Part shown: piece by piece, positions 46,513 through 57,321 of the stretch
Layout: every line of letters starts with the position of its first letter
Numbering within the stretch: the stretch's first letter is position 1
Origin: an uncultured Hyphomicrobiales bacterium
Lineage (GTDB): Bacteria > Pseudomonadota > Alphaproteobacteria > Rhizobiales > Beijerinckiaceae
NCBI GenBank assembly: GCA_903824185.1
Contig: CAIJVU010000003.1
Coordinates: forward strand, 45,434-109,433
Length of the DNA stretch: 64,000 nt
Direction of reading: 5' to 3'
The notes under the pieces: model-generated
Seen by the model: the letters and a program-made list of their open reading frames with translations, nothing else
Databases searched by the model: none
What the model was told of the DNA's origin: nothing
Position numbers and translations under genes: made by a program

Positions 46513-49149
46513 ATGCGACATGCGACGGCAACAGTCACACATCTGGCCGATTACCACGCCTCTGATTACCTGATCAATCAGGTCTTATTGCTGATCAGAC
46601 TGGATGGCGTCCAAACCACGGTCCATGCCAGCCTGAGCATCAAAGCCAATCCCAAAGGCAAAACCGGCGCGCCTTTGCATCTCAACGGCGATGAATTGAC
46701 GCTGGTCGCGTTGAAACGCGATGGCGTTACGCTGAATCCTTCCGCCTATACGCTCTGTGACGAGGCGCTGATCATCCATGAAGTGCCCTCTACCGCTTTC
46801 ACGCTGGAGGTCGAAACCCGCCTTGATCCCGACAGCAATACCAAGCTGATGGGGCTTTACCGCTCCTCCGGCACCTATTGCACCCAATGCGAGGCGGAAG
46901 GGTTCCGCCGCATCACCTATTTCATCGACCGGCCGGATGTGATGTCGGTTTACACCACACGCATCGAGGCGCGCAAAAGCGAAGCGCCGGTTTTGCTGGG
47001 CAATGGCAATCTGCAAGACAGCGGCGATTTGCCCGACGGTTTCCATTACACGGTCTGGCACGACCCCCATCCCAAGCCAGCTTATTTGTTCGCGCTGGTT
47101 GGGGGCCGCCTTGATGTCATCCAGCAAGACTTCATGACACGGTCGGGCAAAAAGGTCTTGTTGGGGATTTATGTCGAGCCGGACAAATCAGAGCGCGCAC
47201 GCTATGCCATGGATGCTTTGATCCGCGCCATGATCTGGGACGAACAGGCCTATGGCTGCGAATATGATCTCGATGTCTTCAATATTGTGGCGGTGTCGGA
47301 TTTCAACATGGGCGCCATGGAGAATAAAGGCCTCAATATTTTCAACGACAAATATGTGCTGGCCAGTCCCGAAACCGCAACCGATGGCGATTATGCGGGC
47401 ATTGAATCGGTGATTGCCCATGAATATTTCCATAACTGGACCGGCAACCGCATCACCTGCCGCGACTGGTTCCAGCTATGCCTGAAAGAAGGGCTGACGG
47501 TGTTCCGCGATCAGGAATTTACCGCCGACACCCGCTCGCGCCCTGTCAAACGGATTTCCGATGTCCGCACTTTGCGCGCCGCGCAGTTTTCCGAAGATTC
47601 AGGCCCGCTGGCGCATCCCGTGTGTCCCTCCTCCTATCGGGAAATCAACAATTTCTACACCCCCACCATTTATGAAAAGGGGGCGGAAATCATCCGCATG
47701 CTCAAAACGCTTTTGGGCCCAGACCTGTTTCGCAAGGGGATGGATCTCTATCTCTCGCGCTGCGACGGCACAGCCGCGACGGTCGAAGAATTCCTCGCCT
47801 GTTTTGCCGAAACATCCGGACGCAGTCTCGATGCGTTTTTTCAATGGTATGTACAGGCGGGCACACCGCAAGTCACATTGCATCAGCATTACGCGCCTCA
47901 TGAGAAACGCCTGACCCTGCATTTCACGCAATCAACGCCTCCCACACCCGGACAGCCCGAAAAGGGGCCTTTGACCCTGCCCATTTTATACGGGCTGGTC
48001 AGCCCAGACGGCACAAGTCCGACCCTTGCCCCCCACTCCCCCCATCAGGCTGAGGGGCTGTTCGTGCTCAATCAGGCGGAAGGCAGTTTGGTGTTTGAAG
48101 GGGTCGAAGAAAAGCCTGTGGCCTCGGTCCTGCGGAATTTTTCAGCACCGGTGCGGTTGCAAAGCGATCTCAGCCGCGCGGATTTTCTGACGCTGTTCCA
48201 ATATGACAGTGATCCGTTCAACCGCTGGCAATCCGCCCAAAACGTCGCCATGACCATGCTGATTGAGGCGATCCCCACCGCCAAAGCGCATGGCACCATC
48301 ACTTTTGATCCGCGTTTTGCCGAAACCTTGGCGGATCTGATCGCCAGTTCCGATGACTATGCCTTTGTTGCACAGGTCTTTGCCTTGCCAAGCGAAAGCG
48401 ATATCGGACGCGAGATCCAAAGCGATATCGATCCCGATGCCATTTATGCCGTCCGCAAAGCCTTGCGTGAGTCGATCGGCCATCACATCGCGCCTGCGCT
48501 GGCCAAGGCCCATAAGGCCTTGGCGCAAACTGAGCCTTATCAGCCCGATGCGCGTTCAGCCGGACGGCGGGCCCTTCGCAACACCGCTTTGGATCTGTTG
48601 GTGGCGGGCAATCCGGATCGCTATCTGCCTTTGGCGGAACGCTGCTATCACGAGGCCGATAATATGACGGACCGCATGGCGGCCTTGGCCGCCTTGTGCC
48701 AGACCCCCAATGCCACACGCGAACACGCCCTTGCGGATTTTGCGACCCGTTACAAAGACGAGGCTCTGGCGCTGGATAAATGGTTTGCGCTGCAAGCCAG
48801 CCTGCCCGAAGCCGCAACCCTTGAGCGCGTCAAAGGCCTGATGCGCCATCCAGGCTTCTCGATGAACAATCCCAACCGCGTCCGATCGCTGATTGGTGTG
48901 TTCAGCCTGTCCAACCCGACCCAGTTCAATCGTGTGGATGGGGCGGGATATGATTTTCTGGCCGAGATTGTGATGACGTTAGACAGCAGCAATCCGCAAG
49001 TCGCTGCCCGTATTCTCAGCGCCTTCCGGACATGGCGGTCTTATGAAACAAGCCGCCGCACGAAAGCGGGCGAGGCCTTGCGCCGCATTTCCGATCACTC
49101 CTCGCTCTCCGCCGATGTGGCGGATATTGTGGTGCGCTCTTTGGCCTGA
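46513..49149 (+). CDS. pepN: aminopeptidase N
   Basis: 878 aa with GAMENKGLNIF, the zinc motif VIAHEYFHNWTGNR...LKEGLTVF, and a typical PepN length. Confidence 0.94.
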   Translation: MRHATATVTHLADYHASDYLINQVLLLIRLDGVQTTVHASLSIKANPKGKTGAPLHLNGDELTLVALKRDGVTLNPSAYTLCDEALIIHEVPSTAFTLEVETRLDPDSNTKLMGLYRSSGTYCTQCEAEGFRRITYFIDRPDVMSVYTTRIEARKSEAPVLLGNGNLQDSGDLPDGFHYTVWHDPHPKPAYLFALVGGRLDVIQQDFMTRSGKKVLLGIYVEPDKSERARYAMDALIRAMIWDEQAYGCEYDLDVFNIVAVSDFNMGAMENKGLNIFNDKYVLASPETATDGDYAGIESVIAHEYFHNWTGNRITCRDWFQLCLKEGLTVFRDQEFTADTRSRPVKRISDVRTLRAAQFSEDSGPLAHPVCPSSYREINNFYTPTIYEKGAEIIRMLKTLLGPDLFRKGMDLYLSRCDGTAATVEEFLACFAETSGRSLDAFFQWYVQAGTPQVTLHQHYAPHEKRLTLHFTQSTPPTPGQPEKGPLTLPILYGLVSPDGTSPTLAPHSPHQAEGLFVLNQAEGSLVFEGVEEKPVASVLRNFSAPVRLQSDLSRADFLTLFQYDSDPFNRWQSAQNVAMTMLIEAIPTAKAHGTITFDPRFAETLADLIASSDDYAFVAQVFALPSESDIGREIQSDIDPDAIYAVRKALRESIGHHIAPALAKAHKALAQTEPYQPDARSAGRRALRNTALDLLVAGNPDRYLPLAERCYHEADNMTDRMAALAALCQTPNATREHALADFATRYKDEALALDKWFALQASLPEAATLERVKGLMRHPGFSMNNPNRVRSLIGVFSLSNPTQFNRVDGAGYDFLAEIVMTLDSSNPQVAARILSAFRTWRSYETSRRTKAGEALRRISDHSSLSADVADIVVRSLA

Positions 49150-49364
49150 AATGATGGAAAGGCCTGTGGCAGAACAAGCCCCGAAAAGGTTAACGCCGAG
49201 AGCCACAAATCCCTTAAAGCGCCTTGCCACAATGGTTAATAAAAAAATGATCGCAAGGATTCATTAACCTCTGGACAAATCAGCACCCACCGATTCAGAT
49301 GCACCTGATTCGCTCTTTGTGCATCTGCAGCATTGGGCGGAGATGACTGTTTGATGGAGGCACA

Positions 49365-51683
49365 ATGGCGCGTGAACACGCAGCCATATCGGAAACCTGT
49401 GAACCGCTCAAACCCACCGAGGGCAACCCTCATGAGGGGCAGAGCACGAGGGAAAAATCCCCCCTCACCGCACAGGCTTTGGCCGAACGGCTTCGCGCCG
49501 CTGAACCGCTGCTTCGCAAGCTGGCGCCGGGCCTGCTTGGCATTTTCGCATTGACCGTTGTCACAGGCTTTACCCTGCAAATCCTGACCAATCGTGCGGA
49601 GACACTGGCCGATTCTGCCGCTGAAATCGAGATGCTTTCTTTGGCTGTCCAGCCGGAACTCACAGCTTCTTTTTCAAACAACCGGATTGATCCCCTCAAA
49701 GCCAGTGCACAATTGCAGCGCATTGTGCCGAAATCCAAAATCGATCAGGGCGTGCAAATCGTCATTGCCAATGAACAAGGGCAGATCATTGCAAGCCTGC
49801 CGGCTGATCTTGGCAAAGGCGAGGCGCTCACCAGCTATTTCGGGCAAACCCAACCCATGACGGTCATGGCCGAGAATGCGGGTGTGGGGGCTCTTGTTTT
49901 GCCAAATGGTGCCAAAGCACTGGCCATGGCGCGCCGCATCGGCCCGAACGGCGCTTTGAGCGTGACCTTGCAACCCGTGTCCTCCGCCTTGCAGCGCTGG
50001 CGCGAACGCAGCTGGTCGATGGGCATGCTGCTGTTGATCTCGCTGCTTGTCACAGGCGGCATGGCCTTGGCCTTTTTCTGGCAATCGTGGCGGGTGAAAA
50101 AAGCCGATGATGCCTATCTGCGCATGCAGGCCCGCATGAATACGGCACTGTCGCGCGGGCGTTGCGGCTTGTGGGATTGGGATATTGCGCGCGGCTCGCT
50201 GCATTGGTCGGATTCGATGTATGAAATGCTGGGCTATCAGCGCAACAGCGAATTTCTGGCCTTTGGCGAAATCAATGCGCTGATCCATCCCGAGGACGAA
50301 GATCTCTACAGCCTCGCACAGCGACTGGCCGCCGATCACGAGACAACGGTCGATCACAGTTTCCGCCTGCTCAGCGCCCATGGCGAATGGGTCTGGTTGC
50401 GTGCCCGTGCGCAACTCATCCTCGACAAGCAGGAAAACAGATTGCATCTGGTGGGCATCGCGGTGGACATGTCCGATCAGCGGCGCCTTGAAGCAGAGAA
50501 TGAAACCGCCAATCTGCGCCTGCGCGAGGCCATCGAGGCCTTTGGCGAATCCTTTGTGTTGTGGGACGCGGATAATCGCATGGTCATGTGCAATTCCCGC
50601 TTCCAAAAATTGCATAATCTCAGCGCCGATATGACACGCCGCGGCACGCCCTATCAGGACATCGCCCCCTTCCTGACACGGCCCACCCATCACGCCGCCG
50701 CCGATACGCCATCCGACAATCCCGCCTTGAACGGCCATTACATTGTCCGCATGCCTGATAATCGCTGGCTGCAGCTGATCGAGAAAAAGACCAATGACGG
50801 CGGCTTTGTGTCGGTCGCCACCGACATCACGCAAATCAAGGATGCCGAACGCAGACAGGCGCAAATGATTTCCGATCTCAAGCGCTCACGCCATGCGTTG
50901 GAAAAGCAAGCGGAAGAGCTCAACGAGCTTGTGCAGCGCTATTATGAGCAGATGGCGGAGGCGGAAAGCGCCAACCGTGCGAAATCGGAATTCTTGGCCA
51001 AGATGAGCCATGATCTGCGCACGCCGCTCAATGCCATTTTGGGCTTTTCCGAGATCATGGAACAGGAAATGTTTGGGCCGCTTGGCCACAATAAATATCG
51101 GGATTATTGCCACGACATTTCAAAAAGCGGCAGCGCCTTGCTGGCGGTGATCGCCGATATTCTGGACATGTCGGAACTCGAAGCCGGCAAAGTCAAAATC
51201 GAACGCGAAACCCTGCCGATTGATCCGACGCTGAAATCCGCTTTTGAATCGGTGCGCAAGGAAGCAGAAAGCAAGGGCCTGACCTTGATCCCCGATCTTG
51301 TCGCCGATGGAACGCTTTATGCCGACCCGCGCGCCATCAATCGTATTTTGGGGCATTTGCTGAAAAACGCCGTCAAATTCACGCCCGCCGGTGGCCGTGT
51401 GGTCATGCGCTCGCGCATCGTGTCGGGCGCATTGAATATCTATATCGAGGACAACGGCGTCGGTATTCCGAAAGAGGCTTTGCCGAAGCTCGCACAACCC
51501 TTCACATGGGTTGATCTCGATGCCTCCAAGCCCAGCGACGGGTCTGGCCTTGGTCTGGCCATTGCCCGCTCTTTCGTCGAATTGCACGGCGGCGGCTTGC
51601 GCATCCGTTCCAATGAAGGGTCGGGCACCATCGTTCTGGTCCGCCTGCCCTTGCGCGACACGCCCACCAAAATGGCGGCCTGA
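49365..51683 (+). CDS. membrane-anchored PAS-domain sensor histidine kinase (PleC-like, no receiver domain)
   Basis: 772 aa. It has a TM segment near residue 60 and another near 230, then PAS-like repeats (GLWDWDI..G.L.WS.SMYE.LG). The H-box is ANRAKSEFLAKMSHDLRTPLNAILGFSEIM, the N-box is HLLKNAVKFTP and the G2 box is GSGLGLAI. The start is uncertain. Confidence 0.85.
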   Translation: MAREHAAISETCEPLKPTEGNPHEGQSTREKSPLTAQALAERLRAAEPLLRKLAPGLLGIFALTVVTGFTLQILTNRAETLADSAAEIEMLSLAVQPELTASFSNNRIDPLKASAQLQRIVPKSKIDQGVQIVIANEQGQIIASLPADLGKGEALTSYFGQTQPMTVMAENAGVGALVLPNGAKALAMARRIGPNGALSVTLQPVSSALQRWRERSWSMGMLLLISLLVTGGMALAFFWQSWRVKKADDAYLRMQARMNTALSRGRCGLWDWDIARGSLHWSDSMYEMLGYQRNSEFLAFGEINALIHPEDEDLYSLAQRLAADHETTVDHSFRLLSAHGEWVWLRARAQLILDKQENRLHLVGIAVDMSDQRRLEAENETANLRLREAIEAFGESFVLWDADNRMVMCNSRFQKLHNLSADMTRRGTPYQDIAPFLTRPTHHAAADTPSDNPALNGHYIVRMPDNRWLQLIEKKTNDGGFVSVATDITQIKDAERRQAQMISDLKRSRHALEKQAEELNELVQRYYEQMAEAESANRAKSEFLAKMSHDLRTPLNAILGFSEIMEQEMFGPLGHNKYRDYCHDISKSGSALLAVIADILDMSELEAGKVKIERETLPIDPTLKSAFESVRKEAESKGLTLIPDLVADGTLYADPRAINRILGHLLKNAVKFTPAGGRVVMRSRIVSGALNIYIEDNGVGIPKEALPKLAQPFTWVDLDASKPSDGSGLGLAIARSFVELHGGGLRIRSNEGSGTIVLVRLPLRDTPTKMAA

Positions 51684-51692
51684 CACAAGCCC

Positions 51693-54600
51693 TCATGTGG
51701 TCATAAAACGCTCGAAAATCAGCCTGACTTTGTTTTGCTCCTCGCGTAAAAAACCGGCCAGTACTTTGAAATCCGGCAGACCCGAGGTCACAGCCAATTG
51801 ACGCTTGAGCCCCTGCGAGGCATCGAGCACCGGCCTGTCATCGCCCAAGGTCAAACGCACCCATTGTATCAGATCGCGCATGACGGCATGGGCTGAGAGC
51901 AAAGGATCCACCATGTCTGCGGGCAGCAAGGCATGGTCGCGCGCAAAGTGTAATATGGATTGCGGATCACGGCCCATGCCGTGAACGCCACTGATCAAAA
52001 CAAGCGTCTGGCATAAAAATTCAATATCGGTGAGCCCGCCAGCGGCATTTTTGAGATCCCAGCTATTGCCCTCGCCTTTTTCCTGCGCAATCAATGCGCG
52101 CATGGCATAGGCGTCTTTTTTGATGGTGGCGGCATCGCGCGGGGCCGCAAGGCTTTCACGGATCACCTGTTCGGCACGTTCTCCCAAAGCGCGATCGCCC
52201 GCAAGAAAACGCGCCCGCACCAAGGCCATGCGCTCCCATGTCTCGGCCTCGCTGCGCTGATAGGCGGCAAAGCCGGAAAATTGCGTCGCAGCCGGCCCCT
52301 TATTGCCGGAGGGGCGCAAGCGCATATCCACAGCATAGAGCGAGCCTCGGCGGGTTGGCACGGTCAGCGCGCTGATCAGGCGTTGCGTCAAGCGCCCATA
52401 ATAGGTGGTGGGCGGCAGACTGCGCGGCCCTTGGCTGTCAGACGCCTCTGGCGGAAAATCATAAAGCACAATGAGATCAAGATCAGAGGTTGCGGTCATT
52501 TCATTGGACCCCAAACGCCCCAACCCGAACACGGCAATCTGCCCGCCTTCAATCGTCCCGTAATCCTGCTCGAATCTTTGCCGCACCGCGTGCAGACAGG
52601 CCTCGATCATCGTTTCGGCGAGCAGGGAATAGGCCCGCCCCGCCATCTCCGGCGACAACACGCCCGACACCATCCGCGCGCCGATCAAAAATAGTTCATG
52701 CTGGCCCATTTCACGAAAGCGGTCGAGCACATCTTCAAAGGCCTCAAGACCCAGCAAGCCGTCCTGCAAGCGCTTTTGCATCAGCATGCGGCTCGGTGCA
52801 GGTGCCAGAAAAGCGGGATCAATCACCGCATCGAGCACATGTGGGCGATTGGCAACAATCTCGGCCAGTCGCGGCGCGGAACCGAACAGATCGGCGAACA
52901 GGCGCAGCACCGCATCATGCGATTTCAAGATGGAAAACAATTCAACCGCCGCAGGCATGCCTCCCAAAGCGCGGTCAAAGGCCACAAGGGCTGCATCGGG
53001 ATCAGCCGTCACGCTGAAGGCCTTCAGCAAAGCGGGAATCAATTCGGTCAGCACTTCCCGTGCCCGCGGGCTGGTCACAGCCTGCCTGCGTCCGAAATGC
53101 CAGCCCCTTACGGTTTCGGCAACCAGCGGCGGATCGGCATAGCCCATGACGCGCAAGGTATTCAACGTATCGGGATCATCGACCGTTCCGGTGAAAACCA
53201 GACTGCCTTCACTCGTGGCAAGCTCTGCCCCCTCCTCGAACAAGCGCGCATAATGATATTCCACTTTCAACGCTTGCTTGATCAAAGCATGGCTGAATGC
53301 GAGCGGTGTGGCATAGCCGCAAAAACGTGCAAATTCGGCAAGCCTGTCGTCATCAACTGGCAGGCGTTGGGTCTGCTCGTCCTCGCGCATTTGCAAGCGG
53401 TGTTCGAGATCACGCAAAAAGCGGTACGCCTCGGACAAATCCTTGACCGCCTCGGCCGAAATCCAGCCATCCGCATGTAAAGCCTGCAACATGTCGAGCG
53501 TGCGCCGTCCGCGCAAATGGGCGCGCCGTCCGCCAAACACCAATTGCTGCGTCTGGACAAAAAATTCAACTTCCCGAATGCCGCCGCGCCCCAGCTTGAT
53601 GTCATGACCGGCCACCGCAATCGTTTCATGGCCGCGCACCGCATGGATCTGCCGCTTCATGGCATGGATATCGGCAATGGCTGCAAAGTCGAAATATTTG
53701 CGCCAGATGAAGGGTTTCAGCGTCTGCAGGAAACGCTCGCCCAGCGCCAGATCTCCTGCCACCGGACGCGCTTTGATGAGCGCCGCACGCTCCCAATTCT
53801 GTCCGACCGTTTCATAATAGGCAAAGGCCGAATGCACCGAAATCGCCACAGGGGTTGAGGCCGGATCAGGCCGCAGCCGCAAATCCGTGCGCAAGACATA
53901 GCCCTCGCTGGTGCGCTCTTGCATCAAGCGCACAAGGCCTTGCGTCAACCGCACGAAAAACGAGCTCGGCTCGGCCCGCGGCCCCAAAGGCGCTGTCTCG
54001 GGATCATAAAGCACAATCACATCAATATCGGAGGAGTAGTTGAGTTCTTGCGCCCCGTGCTTGCCAAGGGCCAAAATCACCACGCCTGACGCATGCGCAG
54101 GGTTTTGCGGATCATGCGGCAAAAAGCGCTCGGCTGCCTGCGCCTCGCGCAATAAATAAGACAAAGCCGCATAACAGGCCGCATCGGCAAAATCACTCAA
54201 GGCATGGGTGACCTGATCCACACACCACAGTCCGCCCAAATCAGACAGTGCAACCAGCAAAGCGAGGGATTGTTTACACCGCCGCAAACGCGCCATGATA
54301 GCGGCTTCGCTCTGACAAGCCTGCCAGGCTGTCTTTGTCTCGCTGAGGATCGCCTGCAAACTCGCTGCCGGATCTTGATGCAAGAGATCGGCACTGCGCG
54401 CCCAATCCTTGCGCAACAACCGCACCAAATAGGGTGCCTGATCGCACAAAGCCAAGAACAGGCCAGACAAAGCTTTTGATGATTCCAGCTCCCCCGCAAG
54501 ATCAAAGCCTGCAGCCAGCGCCTCCTCGCACAAGGCTGCAAGCAGCTTGCGCGCCTCTTTGGGATGCGAGGGCTTGGGCAACAGTGCTTTGCGGCTTGGG

Positions 54601-54698
54601 CTTTTGATCTGTGCGAGCCAGGATGGGGCCAAGGATGGGGGCTTTTGATGATCACCCATATCGTCCCCTCCCAATCCGCACACCATGTCCCAATTCAA
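51693..54698 (-). CDS. glnE: bifunctional glutamine synthetase adenylyltransferase/adenylyl-removing enzyme
   Basis: About 1000 aa with two nucleotidyltransferase modules (G.HGA.ELNYSSDID.IVLYD and LG..E.T..SDLDLI.LYD) and DLRLRP repeats. The start may be ATG 54659. Confidence 0.92.
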   Translation of the reverse strand: MNWDMVCGLGGDDMGDHQKPPSLAPSWLAQIKSPSRKALLPKPSHPKEARKLLAALCEEALAAGFDLAGELESSKALSGLFLALCDQAPYLVRLLRKDWARSADLLHQDPAASLQAILSETKTAWQACQSEAAIMARLRRCKQSLALLVALSDLGGLWCVDQVTHALSDFADAACYAALSYLLREAQAAERFLPHDPQNPAHASGVVILALGKHGAQELNYSSDIDVIVLYDPETAPLGPRAEPSSFFVRLTQGLVRLMQERTSEGYVLRTDLRLRPDPASTPVAISVHSAFAYYETVGQNWERAALIKARPVAGDLALGERFLQTLKPFIWRKYFDFAAIADIHAMKRQIHAVRGHETIAVAGHDIKLGRGGIREVEFFVQTQQLVFGGRRAHLRGRRTLDMLQALHADGWISAEAVKDLSEAYRFLRDLEHRLQMREDEQTQRLPVDDDRLAEFARFCGYATPLAFSHALIKQALKVEYHYARLFEEGAELATSEGSLVFTGTVDDPDTLNTLRVMGYADPPLVAETVRGWHFGRRQAVTSPRAREVLTELIPALLKAFSVTADPDAALVAFDRALGGMPAAVELFSILKSHDAVLRLFADLFGSAPRLAEIVANRPHVLDAVIDPAFLAPAPSRMLMQKRLQDGLLGLEAFEDVLDRFREMGQHELFLIGARMVSGVLSPEMAGRAYSLLAETMIEACLHAVRQRFEQDYGTIEGGQIAVFGLGRLGSNEMTATSDLDLIVLYDFPPEASDSQGPRSLPPTTYYGRLTQRLISALTVPTRRGSLYAVDMRLRPSGNKGPAATQFSGFAAYQRSEAETWERMALVRARFLAGDRALGERAEQVIRESLAAPRDAATIKKDAYAMRALIAQEKGEGNSWDLKNAAGGLTDIEFLCQTLVLISGVHGMGRDPQSILHFARDHALLPADMVDPLLSAHAVMRDLIQWVRLTLGDDRPVLDASQGLKRQLAVTSGLPDFKVLAGFLREEQNKVRLIFERFMTT

Positions 54699-54789
54699 CT
54701 TTCAGGAGATCAACACGCGGACAGGCGGACGTCCATGCTTTTCGCGTCAGCCCATCTTTATTCTGGGGACAGGAACAAGGCAAAACACG

Positions 54790-55227
54790 TTATTGGGGGG
54801 CTCCTTGCCAATGGCCCTGTTTTTTCAAACTGTCGGCCACTTCGCGCGGCATATATTTTTCGTCATGTTTGGCCAAAACAGTCTCGGCCGTAAAGGTCAT
54901 ATTCGGCCCCAACCGCCCTTCGGCCACAACCCCTTGCCCTTCCCTGAAGAGATCGGGCAAAACCCCTTCATAAGAAATCGTGATGTCTTGCGTCCCGTCA
55001 CTCACCACAAAGCTGACGCGCTTTTGGTCGCGCATGAGAGATCCGGTTTTCACAAGCCCGCCGACCCGCATGCGGGTGCCGACCGGCATATTCTTTTGCG
55101 CCACTTCCGCGGGGCCGAAAAAGAACACGATGGAATCATTGAGCGCATTCAACACAAGAAAGCCTGCAACGGCCAAGATGCCGCCGATCACGGCAATGGT
55201 CACAAGGCGGCGTTGCTTACGGGTCAT
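54790..55227 (-). CDS. ccmE: cytochrome c maturation haem chaperone CcmE
   Basis: From ATG 55227: [27 protein letters not shown]......FF..P.EV, then RVGGLV and the [10 protein letters not shown] haem-binding His motif. Confidence 0.9.
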   Translation of the reverse strand: MTRKQRRLVTIAVIGGILAVAGFLVLNALNDSIVFFFGPAEVAQKNMPVGTRMRVGGLVKTGSLMRDQKRVSFVVSDGTQDITISYEGVLPDLFREGQGVVAEGRLGPNMTFTAETVLAKHDEKYMPREVADSLKKQGHWQGAPQ

Positions 55228-55317
55228 CGATTGCGTTCCATGTCTTTCTTGACGCAGGCGCCTGCAAAAAAACACAGGCTGCCGGATGCAGCCTGTGAGG
55301 AATGAGAAGCCTGCTTG

Positions 55318-55788
55318 TTAGCTGATGATATCCCAGCGGCCATCGGGTGCCCGACAGGCTGTGCCTACGCCGCGCTCCTGACGGCCATCAATGATGATGG
55401 TGTGGGTATATTGGCGGCAGACGCGGCCGCTTTCGGAATAGACCGGACCGGGTTCGACATAGCCGCTAGGCCCGCTCGGAGCGCGCCAATTGGATGACTG
55501 CCCCGAGGCAATGGAATTATATTGCGCTTGATAGGCCTGCTGGCGGGCCTGCTCATCCATGCCCTTGCCCACCTGATTGCCCAAGAAACCGCCGATCATG
55601 GTGCCTGCGATGACAGCGGCGACCTTGCCGCCGCCCGCACCAAAGCGCGATCCGATGAGACCACCAGCCAACGCACCAATCACCGTACCGCCGGACTCAT
55701 TGGGGCCGGTGGTTTGCGAACAGCCCGAAAACCCCAAACCCATCGCGGCGATCACGCCGCAGACAACCAGTTTTTTTGCCGTGTTCAT
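55318..55788 (-). CDS. outer-membrane lipoprotein, 17-kDa surface antigen / glycine-zipper family
   Basis: From ATG 55788: a signal peptide with lipobox (LGFSGCS), a glycine zipper (GALAGGLIGSRFGAGGG...GTMIGGFLG), and a C-terminal RVCRQY...G..ACR..DG.W module. Confidence 0.78.
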   Translation of the reverse strand: MNTAKKLVVCGVIAAMGLGFSGCSQTTGPNESGGTVIGALAGGLIGSRFGAGGGKVAAVIAGTMIGGFLGNQVGKGMDEQARQQAYQAQYNSIASGQSSNWRAPSGPSGYVEPGPVYSESGRVCRQYTHTIIIDGRQERGVGTACRAPDGRWDIIS

Positions 55789-55923
55789 TTGAAGAACCCC
55801 ATGAAAATGCATTAATCTTTGAAAATCCTTATGGTTCATCACCATTTTGACGCAAGCCTTAGCAGTTAAGCCCAGATTCTGGCAAATTCATGATGGCGCG
55901 CAAAGGCTTTTTCAGCGCAAGCC

Positions 55924-57321
55924 TCAAGCCTCGACAATCGGCAGTTCAAGCCGCGCCCGCAAGCCCCCCAGAGGCGCTGTTTCCAACACCAAAATGCCGC
56001 CATAAAGCTTGGCGAGATCCGCCACAATCGCCAGACCCAAACCACTGCCCGGACGGGTCTCGTCAAGCCGCAATCCCCGTTTCAGGGCTGCGACACGCTG
56101 CGCCTCGGGCAGGCCCGGCCCGTCATCATCAATGATCACCTCGGCAAATAGGGGCCGTGACGCATGACGTCTGAGCGTCACCTTCACCTCTTGGCGGGCC
56201 CATTTACCGGCATTGTCCATGAGATTGCCGATCATGTCTTCAAGATCAGGCTTTTCCCCACGAAACTGTAAACCCGCCTCAATCTCCATCTGCAGCGTGA
56301 GGCCTTGATCCCCTTCGGCACGCGCGTGCCACAGCTTGGCAAACATGCGTTCAAGCCCGCCAAGCACCTGAGCAAGATCGGTGGCGCGCCCGATGGCACT
56401 GGTCATGGCGCCTTGCCGGGCCCGTTCCAAATGCCATTGCAATTGCGTCTGGATCTGCGCGATCTGTTCGCGGATTTTGCTGGCCGCCTGATCATCATCC
56501 ACGCCCTGCACCTCGTTCTGGATCACGCTCAATGGTGTTTTCAAGGCATGCGCCAGATTGCCCGCATGGGTGCGGGCGCGCTCGGTCATGTCGCGATTGG
56601 ATTCCAGCAGCAAATTGATTTCCCGCACCAAAGGCGCGAGGTCGGGCGGATAGCTGCCTGTGATCTGATCGGCCTGTCCTGTGCGAATAGCCGCCAAGCC
56701 TGTCTGCACCCGCCGCAAGGACTTCAAGCCGAGTGTCACCTGAACACCCGTCAGCACGGCAATCAGCGTCCCGAGCAAACCCAGCGTCACCACCAAAGGC
56801 AGCCGAAAGGCGGCCACAGCCTGTTCGATCTCGTCCGCATCCCCTGCCACACGAATCCGGTGCCAGACGTGATCGGGCGTTTGCACCGTCCGTTCAATGG
56901 CCCGCAAGCGCCGTTCATCCGGCCCGCGCATATAGCCCTGCACAACCCCCAACTGATCCGATTTCAACTGCGGATCAACAATGCGCGCCAAACGCGCCCC
57001 GAACAAAGAGGGCGAGGCAATCATATCGCCGCTATTGGCGGGGCCCGGCTCGATCTGCCAATACCAGCCCGACATCGGCAAATCGAATTTCGGATCCCCG
57101 AGATCGCTGGGGTCGGATCGATCCTGATCGATGGGGGATGCCAGACTGCCGGACAAGGCCTGCAAATAAACCGACAAGCGCTCGTCAAAGGCCCGCTCTG
57201 TCGCGCGGCGATGGATTTGCGCGAGAATAAAGCCGGCGGCCAGCAAAACCGTAAAACTTGTCACGAGGGCACCAAGCGTCAAACGCTGGGCCAGAGAAGC
57301 GCGGTTAAACCACGCCCCCAT
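55924..57321 (-). CDS. sensor histidine kinase (periplasmic domain, HAMP, HisKA, HATPase_c; PhoQ/FeuQ-like architecture)
   Basis: 465 aa with the H-box AGNLAHALKTPL, the N-box NLMDNAGKWA and the G boxes DDDGPGLP and GSGLGLAIV. Confidence 0.88.
   Translation of the reverse strand: MGAWFNRASLAQRLTLGALVTSFTVLLAAGFILAQIHRRATERAFDERLSVYLQALSGSLASPIDQDRSDPSDLGDPKFDLPMSGWYWQIEPGPANSGDMIASPSLFGARLARIVDPQLKSDQLGVVQGYMRGPDERRLRAIERTVQTPDHVWHRIRVAGDADEIEQAVAAFRLPLVVTLGLLGTLIAVLTGVQVTLGLKSLRRVQTGLAAIRTGQADQITGSYPPDLAPLVREINLLLESNRDMTERARTHAGNLAHALKTPLSVIQNEVQGVDDDQAASKIREQIAQIQTQLQWHLERARQGAMTSAIGRATDLAQVLGGLERMFAKLWHARAEGDQGLTLQMEIEAGLQFRGEKPDLEDMIGNLMDNAGKWARQEVKVTLRRHASRPLFAEVIIDDDGPGLPEAQRVAALKRGLRLDETRPGSGLGLAIVADLAKLYGGILVLETAPLGGLRARLELPIVEA

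Noticed and set aside
49232-49239. ATGGTTAA (reverse complement of the CtrA half-site TTAACCAT), plus several TTAA half-sites upstream of the PleC-like kinase.
   Set aside because: No full TTAA-N7-TTAA site is present. A single 8-mer is expected by chance about twice in 64 kb counting both strands, so it is not significant on its own.
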